Part shown: positions 50,120 through 59,728 of the stretch, one piece after another
How positions within the stretch are numbered: position 1 is the first letter of the stretch
How the letters are laid out: every line of letters starts with the position of its first letter
Assembly (NCBI GenBank): GCA_963820825.1
Contig: CAWGBN010000007.1
Location: 32,001 to 96,000 of the forward strand
Reading direction: 5' to 3'
Length of the DNA: 64,000 nt
Source of the DNA: Vulcanimicrobiota bacterium
GTDB lineage: Bacteria; Vulcanimicrobiota; Vulcanimicrobiia; Vulcanimicrobiales; Vulcanimicrobiaceae
Program-made: the position numbers and the translations under genes
The notes under the pieces: generated by a model
What the model saw: the letters and a program-made list of their open reading frames with translations, nothing else
Told to the model about the DNA's origin: nothing
The model's database searches: none

Positions 50120-51589
50120 TTAGGATGCGCCGGCCGTCGCCACTGTCCGCGCTTCGGCTTGCTCGCGTTTACGCTCGCGTAAGAAGTGGAAGAACTCGAC
50201 GCCTTCGCGCAGGCGGCGTTTGCGCACCTGACGGTCGCCGAGCATGCCGCCGAGCAGCGAGAACATCTTGCGCGGCCGGAAGTAGAACTTCCGGTAGAAC
50301 TCGTCGACCCCCTCAAACATCATCGTCGAGGTCAAGCCGGGATAATTCAAGGCCGCGTGCTGCACGCCGTGCGTATCCACGAGGTCGCTGCTCTGCGCTT
50401 CCAGCCAGCCGTTCTCTTGTGCTTGTTTGTAGAGGTACGTTCCCGGATAGGGCGCGGCAAGCGAGACCTGAATGGTCTCGGGATCCATTTCGCACGCAAA
50501 GTCGATCGTCTCGCGAATCGTCTCGGGCGTCTCGCCCGGCATCCCGAGAATGAACGTGCCGTGCACCTTGATGCCCAACTCGCGGCAATCTTTCGAGAAG
50601 CGCCGGATGATGTCGAGACGCGTGCCCTTCTTCATGTTGTTGAGCACGTTCTGGTTTCCCGACTCGTACCCGACCAGCAGCAGGCGAAGCCCGCCGGCCT
50701 TCATGATCTCAAGGGTCGCGCGCGGGACGTTCGGCTTGGCGTTGCACGACCAGGTGATGCCGATCCGCCCCAGACGGCGCGCGATCTCTTCGACGCGCGG
50801 AATGTTATCGGTCAGCGTGTCGTCATCGAAAAAGAACTCCTTGACCTCGGGGAACATCGCCTTCGCCCGCCTCATCTCCGCCTCGACGCTCTCGGCGCTT
50901 CGCACGCGATAGAGATGGCCGCCGATGGTCTGCGGCCAGATGCAAAACGTGCACTTCGATTTGCAGCCGCGTCCGGTGTAGAGCGAAAGGTACGGATGCT
51001 GCAGGTAGCCGTTGAAGTAGTTCGGGATCGTCAAGTCTCGCCGATAGACGTCGAGGACCGACGGGAATGCGTCCATGTCGGTGATGATCGGGCGCTCCGC
51101 CGTGTGAACGATGCTGCCGTTACTCCGATAGGCGAGGCCGTCGATTTCGCTCAACGGTTTGCCCTGCGCAACCTCGACGCAGGTATAGTCGAACTCGCCG
51201 ACGCTCACCCAGTCCACTGCCGGCGCGCCGCGAAGCGATTCGTCGGGCAGCACGCTGACGTGTGCGCCGACCATTCCGACGACGGCATTCGGATTCTCTT
51301 CCTTCAACCGCTCGGCGAAGCGCGCGTCGTTGCCGAACGATGGAGCGCTCGTGTGGATGACGATGCGCTCGTACTCTTTGGCGAGCGGCGCGACCTGATC
51401 GACGGTCAGCTCGTCGGGCGGCGCGTCGATCAAGCGACTTCCGGGTATCATCGCCGCCGGCTGCGCGAGCCAGGTCGGATACCAGAACGACCGGACCTCC
51501 CGGCGACACTGATAACGCGCACCGGCGCCGCCATCGTAACCTTCGAAGGTCGGCGGATTCACGAACAGCGTTTTTAGGAAGTCGGGCAT
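50120..51589 (-). CDS. hpnJ: Hopanoid biosynthesis-associated radical SAM protein
   Basis: DGGAGARYQ..REVRSFWYPTWLAQPAA; CxxxCxxC as CKSKCTFC; SD GAGG. Confidence 0.9.
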   Translation of the reverse strand: MPDFLKTLFVNPPTFEGYDGGAGARYQCRREVRSFWYPTWLAQPAAMIPGSRLIDAPPDELTVDQVAPLAKEYERIVIHTSAPSFGNDARFAERLKEENPNAVVGMVGAHVSVLPDESLRGAPAVDWVSVGEFDYTCVEVAQGKPLSEIDGLAYRSNGSIVHTAERPIITDMDAFPSVLDVYRRDLTIPNYFNGYLQHPYLSLYTGRGCKSKCTFCIWPQTIGGHLYRVRSAESVEAEMRRAKAMFPEVKEFFFDDDTLTDNIPRVEEIARRLGRIGITWSCNAKPNVPRATLEIMKAGGLRLLLVGYESGNQNVLNNMKKGTRLDIIRRFSKDCRELGIKVHGTFILGMPGETPETIRETIDFACEMDPETIQVSLAAPYPGTYLYKQAQENGWLEAQSSDLVDTHGVQHAALNYPGLTSTMMFEGVDEFYRKFYFRPRKMFSLLGGMLGDRQVRKRRLREGVEFFHFLRERKREQAEARTVATAGAS

Positions 51590-51647
51590 GCTTAATCTCC
51601 TCTCGGTTTTCTCCGGTTTTCTGCCGACGGCATAAAGCCTTTTCCCC

Positions 51648-51926
51648 TCAGGCCGGCCGTTGCGCCAGATCCGCTGCGCGGACGGCGACCTCATGCTCGC
51701 CTTGACCGGCGCCGATCGTGTCGAGTTTCACGAACTCGCGCGCGATCAACGGCAGTGCGACGCCCGTCATGAAGACGACGAAGCCTTCGAAGAACTTACC
51801 GGCGGCCGCGAGCGACCAGATGCGCCACTGCATCGACGTCATCGGTGCGGATCCGAGCACGGTTCCATCGGCCCAGGCGGGCATTTCGTCGATGTAATCT
51901 TGAACGGAGTCTCGAGCGTCGGCCAT
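51648..51926 (-). pseudogene. 5' fragment of an MFS transporter
   Basis: YIDEMPAWADGT...QWRIWSLAAAGKFFEG..VFMTGVALPLI, then an abrupt end after the first TM. Confidence 0.7.
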
Positions 51927-51973
51927 AAGGGAGACGCCCGTGGCTTCTCTATCGAGCGGGCGCGCCCTTGCCT

Positions 51974-52612
51974 TTAAAGCGCCCTGAGCGCGCTCTGCAC
52001 GTCCCTGAAGCGGCGAAAGTTCGAATACGCGACCGAAATCGTTCCCTCGCCGGGGAACGGCCCGTACGTGCCCTTGTACGCTTGCGTCTCGTCGGTCGCC
52101 GACCAATATCCCGAAAGCACCTCTCCGCGCCGATCGGTGATCTCGCCGGAGGTTGCGTGCGGCGGAAGCGCGGCGGGTTGATAAGTGTACGTGACGACGT
52201 TGTATTGCGCGTCGTAGCTAAAGCTTCCGTCGCCGTGCGCGCCGTCGCGCACGTTTGACGTGAAGCCGATCGTTGCCGGGCCGGTGCTCCGGTATTGATA
52301 TGCGCCAAAGTTGCGTGCGTCGAACGGCGTCGCGAACGCCTCGTTCGGCTTGGGATGACTCCACGAATCTTCCAGGGCGGCTACGTCGGCGGCGCTCGCG
52401 GCCTTGCCGTCGATCGAATAGCTCGTCACGCGCACTTTCGCGATCGCGCCATCGTCGTAGGCAACGTTCATCGTGAGATCTTCATGGCGCCGCGAGAAGC
52501 CGGCATGCACGTCGAAAACGCGGTGCAACTGACAGACGACGGCCCCGCGGCTCGTCTGGGCAAACCGCTGCGCCACCTGCGCGAGCGCGGGCGGCGCATC
52601 TGCCGGCAGCAT
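51974..52612 (-). CDS. Hypothetical protein (beta-rich)
   Basis: Clean 212-aa ORF in a co-oriented run. Confidence 0.65.
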   Translation of the reverse strand: MLPADAPPALAQVAQRFAQTSRGAVVCQLHRVFDVHAGFSRRHEDLTMNVAYDDGAIAKVRVTSYSIDGKAASAADVAALEDSWSHPKPNEAFATPFDARNFGAYQYRSTGPATIGFTSNVRDGAHGDGSFSYDAQYNVVTYTYQPAALPPHATSGEITDRRGEVLSGYWSATDETQAYKGTYGPFPGEGTISVAYSNFRRFRDVQSALRAL

Positions 52613-52624
52613 CAGCCCACGCCC

Positions 52625-52981
52625 CTAGGGGTGCAGGATGACGCGGTTGGCGATGAAGGTGCCGTTGCTATAGTAGCCGACCAACGCCACGCGCTCGCCG
52701 GCCGCCGGCGTTGCTCCCGTCGGAAAGATGACCGTTCCGTGCTTGAGGTCGACCGTCTGCACCACGCCGTTGCGGCGCATTACGGTCAGCCGGTATGGCG
52801 AGAATGCGCCGACCGTTCCGAGCATTACGTGATGTCGATCGTACTGGCGTTGATCCCAGCCCGGTTGCCACGTCGTGTAGGATGGAACGTCGTACTGCGC
52901 GCTAACCGGGAGAGCGGTTACCGCGCCACCGAGAATGAGCACCGTTGCCGCCAGCGAGGTCATTGCAGTGTAGAATCTCAT
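52625..52981 (-). CDS. Small secreted protein (OB-fold/DUF5666-like)
   Basis: Signal peptide; VDLKHGTVI.PTG...GERV.LVG..F.ANRV; GGGTA 10 nt upstream. Confidence 0.7.
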   Translation of the reverse strand: MRFYTAMTSLAATVLILGGAVTALPVSAQYDVPSYTTWQPGWDQRQYDRHHVMLGTVGAFSPYRLTVMRRNGVVQTVDLKHGTVIFPTGATPAAGERVALVGYYSNGTFIANRVILHP

Positions 52982-53034
52982 GCACGCCTGTTACCCCCTG
53001 CTCGAACCGCTCTAACTCAGTCTAAATGCGCTCT

Positions 53035-53865
53035 TTATGGGTGGGTCGTCGAAACGTAGAGGAAACGGTTTGGCAAATCAAGCGTAAAGCTGCGCCCGGC
53101 CCAAAACGCGTTTCCGACGTCGCAATCGTAGATGAGATCGGAGTAGCGCACGGCCGGTGAGGCAAGTGCCGTCTCCGAGGCACCGACGAGCGAGAGCGCG
53201 TCGAGCCGTCCGCTGCCGGCGCTTGTATCGAGACCGATCGAAGCAGCGAACGTCTTGTCGAGCGTAATCCCCTGCGAGCCGGTATCGATCTCGCAGAGAC
53301 CCGTCTTGCCGTTCCCGAAGTCGAAGCGCGCAAAGATCGCGAGCGAAATGCCGAGATCGTCCTGAAGTATGACCGGCACGCGCACCTGCTGGCGAACGCG
53401 TTCCGGGAAGGTCTGCGCATCTTCGATGACGATCTGGCGATTGCGAAAATCGAAGGTCGTGGTGATGGTGCGAAAGGCCGTCGCCGCAATCAGACCCTCG
53501 ATGCCGGTTCCGTCGAGGCCCTTCCAAATTCCGACGTACGGCGCGGTGAGGGGAGCCCCGCCCATCGCGAAGGTCACGACCTTACCGATCGGGAGATCGA
53601 CGCGCTCGCCGGTGAGTCGCAGGCTTACGTATTTGCCGCTGACGGCGACGTAACGCCGCCCCAGGTCGCTTGAGAGAACGTCGACGCCCGCCCCTAAATT
53701 GACGAGCATCGGCACGGCCGGCTGACCGTCGACCGAAGCCTGAACCTCGAGCAGACCGTTCTTGACGTCGGTGAACGGTATCGTCTCGACCGCGCTCGCG
53801 GGCCGCGGGACGGTGCAGAGCAGCACCGCCGCCGCGACCGCGACGAGTGAGTTAGAACGCCCCAA
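53035..53865 (-). CDS. Secreted double-domain aspartyl protease-like protein
   Basis: Signal peptide; first motif degenerate (VNLGA), second IDTGS. Confidence 0.6.
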   Translation of the reverse strand: MGRSNSLVAVAAAVLLCTVPRPASAVETIPFTDVKNGLLEVQASVDGQPAVPMLVNLGAGVDVLSSDLGRRYVAVSGKYVSLRLTGERVDLPIGKVVTFAMGGAPLTAPYVGIWKGLDGTGIEGLIAATAFRTITTTFDFRNRQIVIEDAQTFPERVRQQVRVPVILQDDLGISLAIFARFDFGNGKTGLCEIDTGSQGITLDKTFAASIGLDTSAGSGRLDALSLVGASETALASPAVRYSDLIYDCDVGNAFWAGRSFTLDLPNRFLYVSTTHP

Positions 53866-55060
53866 TCCCGTTGGGAGTTCCCAGACCGGTCGGTCCGTCC
53901 CAACCGGTGCCGGCCTTGCAGAGCGGCGCGCCGCAGCTTCCGTTGCTGCCGGAGGTGACGTCGTTCAGGCTCGACGTGTGCGAGTAAAGATTCCCCGGAT
54001 TATTCGCGCTCGTATTCCCGGCCAGCGCAAAGACCGAAGCGACGATCGGCGTAGCGACGGAGGTTCCGCCGAAGACCGTCCAGCCGGAATAGCCGTACGA
54101 ATCGTAGACGGCAACGCCGGTGTTCGGATTGGCATCGGCCGAAACGTCGGCTTGCGCGCGCTTCGTGCAGCCCGTGGTGATGCCCGTTTGGAAGCTGGGC
54201 TTGGCATAGACCGTGCTGCATCCGCTTCCCGCACCCGACCAGGCCGACTCGGTGCGCGGACTCGTCGAGCTCAGCGTCGTTCCGCCGACGCCGATCACGG
54301 TCGGCAGAATCGCCGGCCACTGCGCGATCGAGTTATGCCCGTTGTCGCCGGTCGCCGCCGTAATCGCGACGCCGGCGACGTTGAAGTCGCCATCCTTCGA
54401 CTTGGTGCCTTCGTTGCCGCTCCAGCTATTGCTCACGTAGTTCGCATGTTGGGTGGCGTAGACTTCCGCCGCGGCGAGATTGGCGGTCGTCGACGACTTC
54501 GCTTCTACCAGGAGGACTTTGCAGTTCGGGCAGATCGCGGAGACCATGTCCACGTCGAGCGACTCTTCCGCGGCCCAGCCCATATTCTTGGCCGTCCCAA
54601 ACGCGTGCGCCGTGAAACATCCGCTCGAGGCCGTGCACGGCGGAAGGCCGTATTGCGCGCGGTACTTCGCAAGATCCGCGGCGGCATTCGGATCGACGTA
54701 GGCATCGACGATCGCGACGGTCACGCCGCTGCCGTTGCTCTGACTGTACGACGTCAGATTGTACGCCGTCTGCAGGTCGCTCGGGCCGTATCCGCCCGGT
54801 GTATCCGGACGAATCAGTCCGTGGACGTCGGTACGGACCCAAGCCTGACAGCGCGCGTATCCGACTGCCACCGCGCCGCAGACGCGGGCAGCCGGGCCGG
54901 AGCGCGGCCAGAGTCCGAGCTGCGCCGCAGTCGGATGACCGGATTTTACGGAAGCAAGCGACGAACTCGCGCCTCCGCTGGGGACAACCGCGTTCGACGC
55001 TCCATTACACGCGGTCAGGGCAGTAACCAAAGTCACCGCAATAATCGTTGGATATCGCAT
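53852..55060 (-). CDS. Secreted S53/S8-like serine peptidase lipoprotein
   Basis: Lipobox LTAC; EESLDVD, SNSW, ATGD, GGTSVATP, GWDGPTGLG. Confidence 0.9.
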   Translation of the reverse strand: MRYPTIIAVTLVTALTACNGASNAVVPSGGASSSLASVKSGHPTAAQLGLWPRSGPAARVCGAVAVGYARCQAWVRTDVHGLIRPDTPGGYGPSDLQTAYNLTSYSQSNGSGVTVAIVDAYVDPNAAADLAKYRAQYGLPPCTASSGCFTAHAFGTAKNMGWAAEESLDVDMVSAICPNCKVLLVEAKSSTTANLAAAEVYATQHANYVSNSWSGNEGTKSKDGDFNVAGVAITAATGDNGHNSIAQWPAILPTVIGVGGTTLSSTSPRTESAWSGAGSGCSTVYAKPSFQTGITTGCTKRAQADVSADANPNTGVAVYDSYGYSGWTVFGGTSVATPIVASVFALAGNTSANNPGNLYSHTSSLNDVTSGSNGSCGAPLCKAGTGWDGPTGLGTPNGIGAF

Positions 55061-55159
55061 GTTTCCTCCGTTTCCTCGTGTTGCGAGCAGGCTGCGACAA
55101 GACTTTACGTTTTCCTGCGTCGAACAAACGAGTAACGTAACTCGGCGTCTGGAGGTGCC

Positions 55160-56563
55160 ATGAACCGGTTTGAGGCCTTATTTTTTTCCGCCGCGGTCGT
55201 CGCGCTCGCCGGCTGCGGCTCGGGAACGACTCCGGCGCCGGGGCCGGCTGCGGCCAACGGAATTCAGCACGTCGTCATCATGGTCCAGGAGAATCGCAGC
55301 TTCGACAACATCTTCGCGGGTTTTCCCGGAGCCGATACGACGATGGAAGGGCCGTGCAAACCGGCAAAGTGGTGCAAGGGGTCGCATATCGTCAAGCTTC
55401 ACTCGGTCAAGCTCGAGAGCAACGGTGCGGCCTACTTCGGCGTAGATATCGATCATAGCCATCACGGTTTCGAAGTCGAATGCGATCCGAACGCCTCGAA
55501 CGTCTGCCAAAACGACGGATTCAATCTCATCCGTTACGGTCAAGCCGGCCAGGGCTTTCCGGCGAAACTCTATCCATACGCCTATGTCGACCGCAAGGAG
55601 AGCGCGCCGTACTGGAAGCTCGCGCAGCAGTACACCCTCGCCGACGAGTTGTTCTTCACCGAAACGGCCTCGAGCTTCATCGCGCACCAGGCGATTCTCT
55701 CGGGCACCGTTCAATACAGCAAAGACGCGGTCTTGACCGATCAGCCGAACAATACGCCGTGGGGATGCGACGCGCCAACCGGCACGACGACGCCGCTCTT
55801 GTTCTCCAATGGCAAGTACAAATACAACGGCCCCAAACCGTGCTTCACGCAGTACGGCACGCTCGCCGACCTGCTCGATGCAAAGAACGTGGGGTGGAGA
55901 TTCTACGTCGACTCGTCCGGGAACGGCCCCAACTCCGACTTTTCGGGCTCCGTCTGGAACGGCTACGATGCGATCAAGAAGATTCGCTACGGCCCCGATT
56001 GGCACAAGAACATCAGCATTCCCAACACGTCGCTCTTCGGCGACATCTCCTCCGGAACGCTGCCCTCCGTCTCGTGGGTGATTCCCACGCTCTTCGACTC
56101 CGACCATCCGGCGAGCGGATGCAACGGCGGCCCCTGGTGGGTCACCAAAGTCGTCAACGCGCTGGGCACCAGCCGCTACTGGAAGAACACCGCGATTATC
56201 CTGATCTGGGACGACTGGGGCGGCTGGTACGACAACGCACCGCCGGATCAAACGAACTATCACCAGCTCGGCTTCCGCGTTCCGATGATCGTCATCTCGC
56301 CGTATGCCAAGCCCGGGAATATCTCGAGCACGCACTACGATTACGGCAGCATCTTGAAGTTCGTCGAAGAGACCTTTGGGCTGGGATCGCTCGGTACGAC
56401 CGACGCGACCGCAGCATCCATGGACGACATCTTCAACTTCAAGCAAAAGCCGAACGCCTTCGTCGCGGCTCCCGAGCCGCCGGTGATGAGCTGCGGAAAG
56501 CAAGCATCGGCCCCGAACGCGGCACGCGCGATCATCGAGCACGACGGAGGCATCCCCGAGTAG
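55160..56563 (+). CDS. Secreted phosphoesterase lipoprotein, paralog of 23879-25294
   Basis: SD GGAGG, lipobox LAGC, QENRSFDN, WDDWGGWYD, GFRVP. Confidence 0.9.
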   Translation: MNRFEALFFSAAVVALAGCGSGTTPAPGPAAANGIQHVVIMVQENRSFDNIFAGFPGADTTMEGPCKPAKWCKGSHIVKLHSVKLESNGAAYFGVDIDHSHHGFEVECDPNASNVCQNDGFNLIRYGQAGQGFPAKLYPYAYVDRKESAPYWKLAQQYTLADELFFTETASSFIAHQAILSGTVQYSKDAVLTDQPNNTPWGCDAPTGTTTPLLFSNGKYKYNGPKPCFTQYGTLADLLDAKNVGWRFYVDSSGNGPNSDFSGSVWNGYDAIKKIRYGPDWHKNISIPNTSLFGDISSGTLPSVSWVIPTLFDSDHPASGCNGGPWWVTKVVNALGTSRYWKNTAIILIWDDWGGWYDNAPPDQTNYHQLGFRVPMIVISPYAKPGNISSTHYDYGSILKFVEETFGLGSLGTTDATAASMDDIFNFKQKPNAFVAAPEPPVMSCGKQASAPNAARAIIEHDGGIPE

Positions 56564-56565
56564 CG

Positions 56566-57234
56566 ATGGCGCTCTTCGCCGACCGCGCCGACGCGGGACG
56601 GCAGCTCGCCGAAGCGCTCGCCGAGTACGCGAACGATCCGAACGCCGTCGTGCTGGCCTTACCGCGCGGCGGCGTGCCGGTCGGTTACGAAGTGGCGCGA
56701 CACCTCCGCTTGCCGCTCGACGTCTACGTCGTTCGCAAGCTCGGCGTACCGGGTCACGAGGAGCTTGCGATGGGAGCGCTCGCCGGCGACGGAACCTGCG
56801 TCCTCGACGAGCAGCTGATCGGCTCGCTCGGCATCGGCGACGAAGCGCTGCAGGAGGTCGTCGAGCGCGAGGCCGGCGAGATGCGCCGGCGCGAGCGAGC
56901 CTATCGCGACAAGCGTTCGCAAGCGAAGGTCGCCGGTAAGAAGGTTATCGTCGTCGACGACGGGCTGGCAACCGGCGCGACGATGCGCGCCGCGGCATCG
57001 GCGCTGCGAGCGCATCGTCCCGCGGCGATCGTCGCGGCCGTCCCGGTCGCGGCGCGCCGAACCTGCGCGGCGCTCCGGGGCGTCGTCGATCGCCTCGTCT
57101 GCGTCCACACCCCCGAACCGTTTCATGCCGTCGGGCTCTACTACGACGACTTCGCCCAGACCAGCGACGACGACGTGCGCCGCCTCTTAGCCCAATCCGC
57201 AGGGGCTCGAACAGGGCGCCGCGCAAGTGCGTAG
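56566..57234 (+). CDS. Phosphoribosyltransferase family protein
   Basis: FADRADAGRQLA, LPRGGVPV, VRKLGVP, VDDGLATGAT. Confidence 0.9.
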   Translation: MALFADRADAGRQLAEALAEYANDPNAVVLALPRGGVPVGYEVARHLRLPLDVYVVRKLGVPGHEELAMGALAGDGTCVLDEQLIGSLGIGDEALQEVVEREAGEMRRRERAYRDKRSQAKVAGKKVIVVDDGLATGATMRAAASALRAHRPAAIVAAVPVAARRTCAALRGVVDRLVCVHTPEPFHAVGLYYDDFAQTSDDDVRRLLAQSAGARTGRRASA

Positions 57235-57245
57235 TAATCAGGGGC

Positions 57246-57566
57246 ATGAAGCGTCAATTTGCCGCCGTCGCCGGATTCGCGCTGACCGTCATCTTCTATT
57301 CGTTCACCGGGTTGCGCGGTTCGGTCGATACGTGCAAGTGGTTCGACGACAATCTCACCGATCGCTCGATCGGCGCACTCACGCACCAGACCGATCTGCT
57401 CTACAACCGCTTGGCGCTACGGCCCGACGCTCCGGTAACGGTCGGCGGAACCGCGGTCACCCAGGAGGGCGAACAGCTCGTCGACTTCAAGCTCGACTCG
57501 GCCACCATCTGCAGTGCAGCCGAATCGGTCTACGGCCCGACTCCCGCACCGTCGGCGTCGCCCTAA
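57246..57566 (+). CDS. Small exported/membrane hypothetical protein
   Basis: Hydrophobic N-terminus, two cysteines, Pro-rich tail. Confidence 0.6.
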   Translation: MKRQFAAVAGFALTVIFYSFTGLRGSVDTCKWFDDNLTDRSIGALTHQTDLLYNRLALRPDAPVTVGGTAVTQEGEQLVDFKLDSATICSAAESVYGPTPAPSASP

Positions 57567-57572
57567 CGAACG

Positions 57573-59150
57573 TTAGCGAACGTCCCACGATTCCGGTGCG
57601 ACCGGATACATCAGCATGTTGCGCGCAAAGCCGGTCACGCCGCTGCCGACGACGTCTACGTTCGATTCGAACGCGATCGGAACGACGGGCACGTCGCGGC
57701 GCACGATCCGCTGCATCTCCAAGAAGTCGTGGCGCCGGCGCAGCGGATCGCCGGTGGTCGCTTGATCCTCAAAGAGCGCGTCGAATCTTGGATTGCAATA
57801 GTTCATCGAGTTGTTTCCATCGGGGCCGCGTTGGCTGCACGCAAAGATCACCGACTCCTCAGGATCCGCCGCGCCGATCCACTGCGCCGCCGCTAGGGTA
57901 AACGACCCGCTTCGCAGCGGACCGCCCGGAGCGTTGAAGAGCGCTGCAGCGTACGGCTTGATCGTCGCGTCCATCCCCGCGCGGCGCAGCTGCTCCTGTT
58001 CGATCACCTGCATCCACGTGCCGCGTTCGGGCGCGAGTGCGATTGTTAACGCCAACGGCCGTCCGTCCTTCGTCCAGCGGCCGCGATCGCGCTGCCATCC
58101 GCCGGCCTGCAGCTCGCGCGCAACCGTTGCCGAATCGCCGCTGGTCGTCTGCGGTGCGGGATCGTGCCAGGCAAAGACCGGCGGCAGAAATGAATCCGCG
58201 GCCGCGAGTGCCCCGAACCGCCCGCGCACGATCTCGCTGCCGTCGATTGCGGCCGCGATCGCGCGCCGGACGTGGGTATCGGCCGTCGGCCCCGCCGTCG
58301 TCTGCAGCATCAGAGAGTAGATTCCGTTGATCGGGGTAATCGCGACGCGCGCACCGGCGACGCCTCGAGCCTCAGGAATCTGCGCCGCATTGATCTCGGT
58401 TACGTCTACGTCGCCCGCGCGCAGGGCTAAGAGCGAGGCCTGCGTCGTGGGAATCAGCACGAAGACGACGCGCACCAATTTGGGGCGTGGCCGGTAGTAT
58501 GGATTGGCCTCGAGCACGATGCGATCGGCGCGCCGCCAGGCAACGACCTTAAACGGTCCCGTTCCAAAGGGCCGTTCGTTCCATGCGGCGTCAGTAACGT
58601 CGCTCGAAGCAAACGCGTGCGCCGGCAAGATGCCGAAGGCAAAATCGGCTTGCGCGAAGAGTTCCGCGACGGCGGCGTTCCACCGCTGCTTCAGCCGAAC
58701 CACCACGGTATAGCGATCCGGCGTCTGCAGCGCCGCGACGCGCCGGTACGCATCTTGCGACTCCACCGGATTGCGCGGGTCGAGGATCGCTCGAAAGGTG
58801 AAGGCGACGTCGGCCGACGTGAGCTCGACCCCATCGGCGAAACGCACGCCGCGACGGAGATGATAGACGATCGTCTTGCCGTCGACGGAGATCCCTCCGT
58901 TGGCGCGCGACGGCACCCGCGTGACGAGTATCGGCACGAGCTGGTTATCGGCCGAGAGGCCCACCATCGTTTGGGTGACGAGCAGATCGTAGCCGATCGT
59001 ATCTTGGTCGTGGGCGAGCAGCGGGTTGAGCGACGAAGGATCGACGTTATCGGCGATGCGCAGGACGTGTGGTTGTGCGCGCTCGACGCCGGTGCGCGCG
59101 CAAGCGGCCAGCGCCAGCGCGAGAACGATTGCCGCCGTCGCGCGCCGCAC
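57573..59150 (-). CDS. Peptide ABC transporter substrate-binding lipoprotein (family 5)
   Basis: Lipobox LAAC; SLNP, LRRGVRFADG.ELTSADV, GTGPF. Confidence 0.92.
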   Translation of the reverse strand: MRRATAAIVLALALAACARTGVERAQPHVLRIADNVDPSSLNPLLAHDQDTIGYDLLVTQTMVGLSADNQLVPILVTRVPSRANGGISVDGKTIVYHLRRGVRFADGVELTSADVAFTFRAILDPRNPVESQDAYRRVAALQTPDRYTVVVRLKQRWNAAVAELFAQADFAFGILPAHAFASSDVTDAAWNERPFGTGPFKVVAWRRADRIVLEANPYYRPRPKLVRVVFVLIPTTQASLLALRAGDVDVTEINAAQIPEARGVAGARVAITPINGIYSLMLQTTAGPTADTHVRRAIAAAIDGSEIVRGRFGALAAADSFLPPVFAWHDPAPQTTSGDSATVARELQAGGWQRDRGRWTKDGRPLALTIALAPERGTWMQVIEQEQLRRAGMDATIKPYAAALFNAPGGPLRSGSFTLAAAQWIGAADPEESVIFACSQRGPDGNNSMNYCNPRFDALFEDQATTGDPLRRRHDFLEMQRIVRRDVPVVPIAFESNVDVVGSGVTGFARNMLMYPVAPESWDVR

Positions 59151-59728
59151 TAGAGCGGGCGCACGCGCAGCGCGAGGCTGATGCGCGGGCCGGTGGCGGC
59201 ACGCGTCTTTGGAATGCCGTGGTCGTAATGCAGTTGCGTCTCGTAACTCATCAAGAGCAGGCTCCCCGTCTCCAGATTCAAGTCGAAGACGCGGCGCGGT
59301 TTGCTCTTGCTGCGAATCGTCATCAATCGCGTCGCTCCGAGCGAGATCAGCGCGATGGGATACCCGGCAACGATCTCGTAGAGGTGGTCGTTATGCGGCG
59401 CGACGCTGTCGCGGCCGTCGCGATAGAGGTTCAGGCCGGCGCTGTTAAACGGCGTCCCCGTCGCCGACGCGGTAAGTTGCGCGGCCTCGGCGAGCGCCGG
59501 CGGCAGCTGCGGATCGTCGAGGCGGTAGCGCGCCACGAGCCGCGGCACGTCGACGTCGCGATCGTACATCCGCCGCCGTTCGCTCTGCCAGGAGACGCCC
59601 TCGCGCAGGCTTTCGAACCAACGCCGTGCGGTTTGGGCGTCGGCGAAACCCGGCAGGTACGCGATCGAGCCCGTCGCATCGTCGACGAGCGTGCGCCGCG
59701 GCGCTCCAAAGATTCCGAGCTGCGTCAG
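59150..59728 (-). CDS. AlkB family 2OG-Fe(II) dioxygenase; start uncertain (CTG?)
   Basis: VPRL, FNSAGLNLYRDGRDSVAPHND, SLGATR, HGIPK, RISL. Confidence 0.88.
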   Translation of the reverse strand: MTQLGIFGAPRRTLVDDATGSIAYLPGFADAQTARRWFESLREGVSWQSERRRMYDRDVDVPRLVARYRLDDPQLPPALAEAAQLTASATGTPFNSAGLNLYRDGRDSVAPHNDHLYEIVAGYPIALISLGATRLMTIRSKSKPRRVFDLNLETGSLLLMSYETQLHYDHGIPKTRAATGPRISLALRVRPL

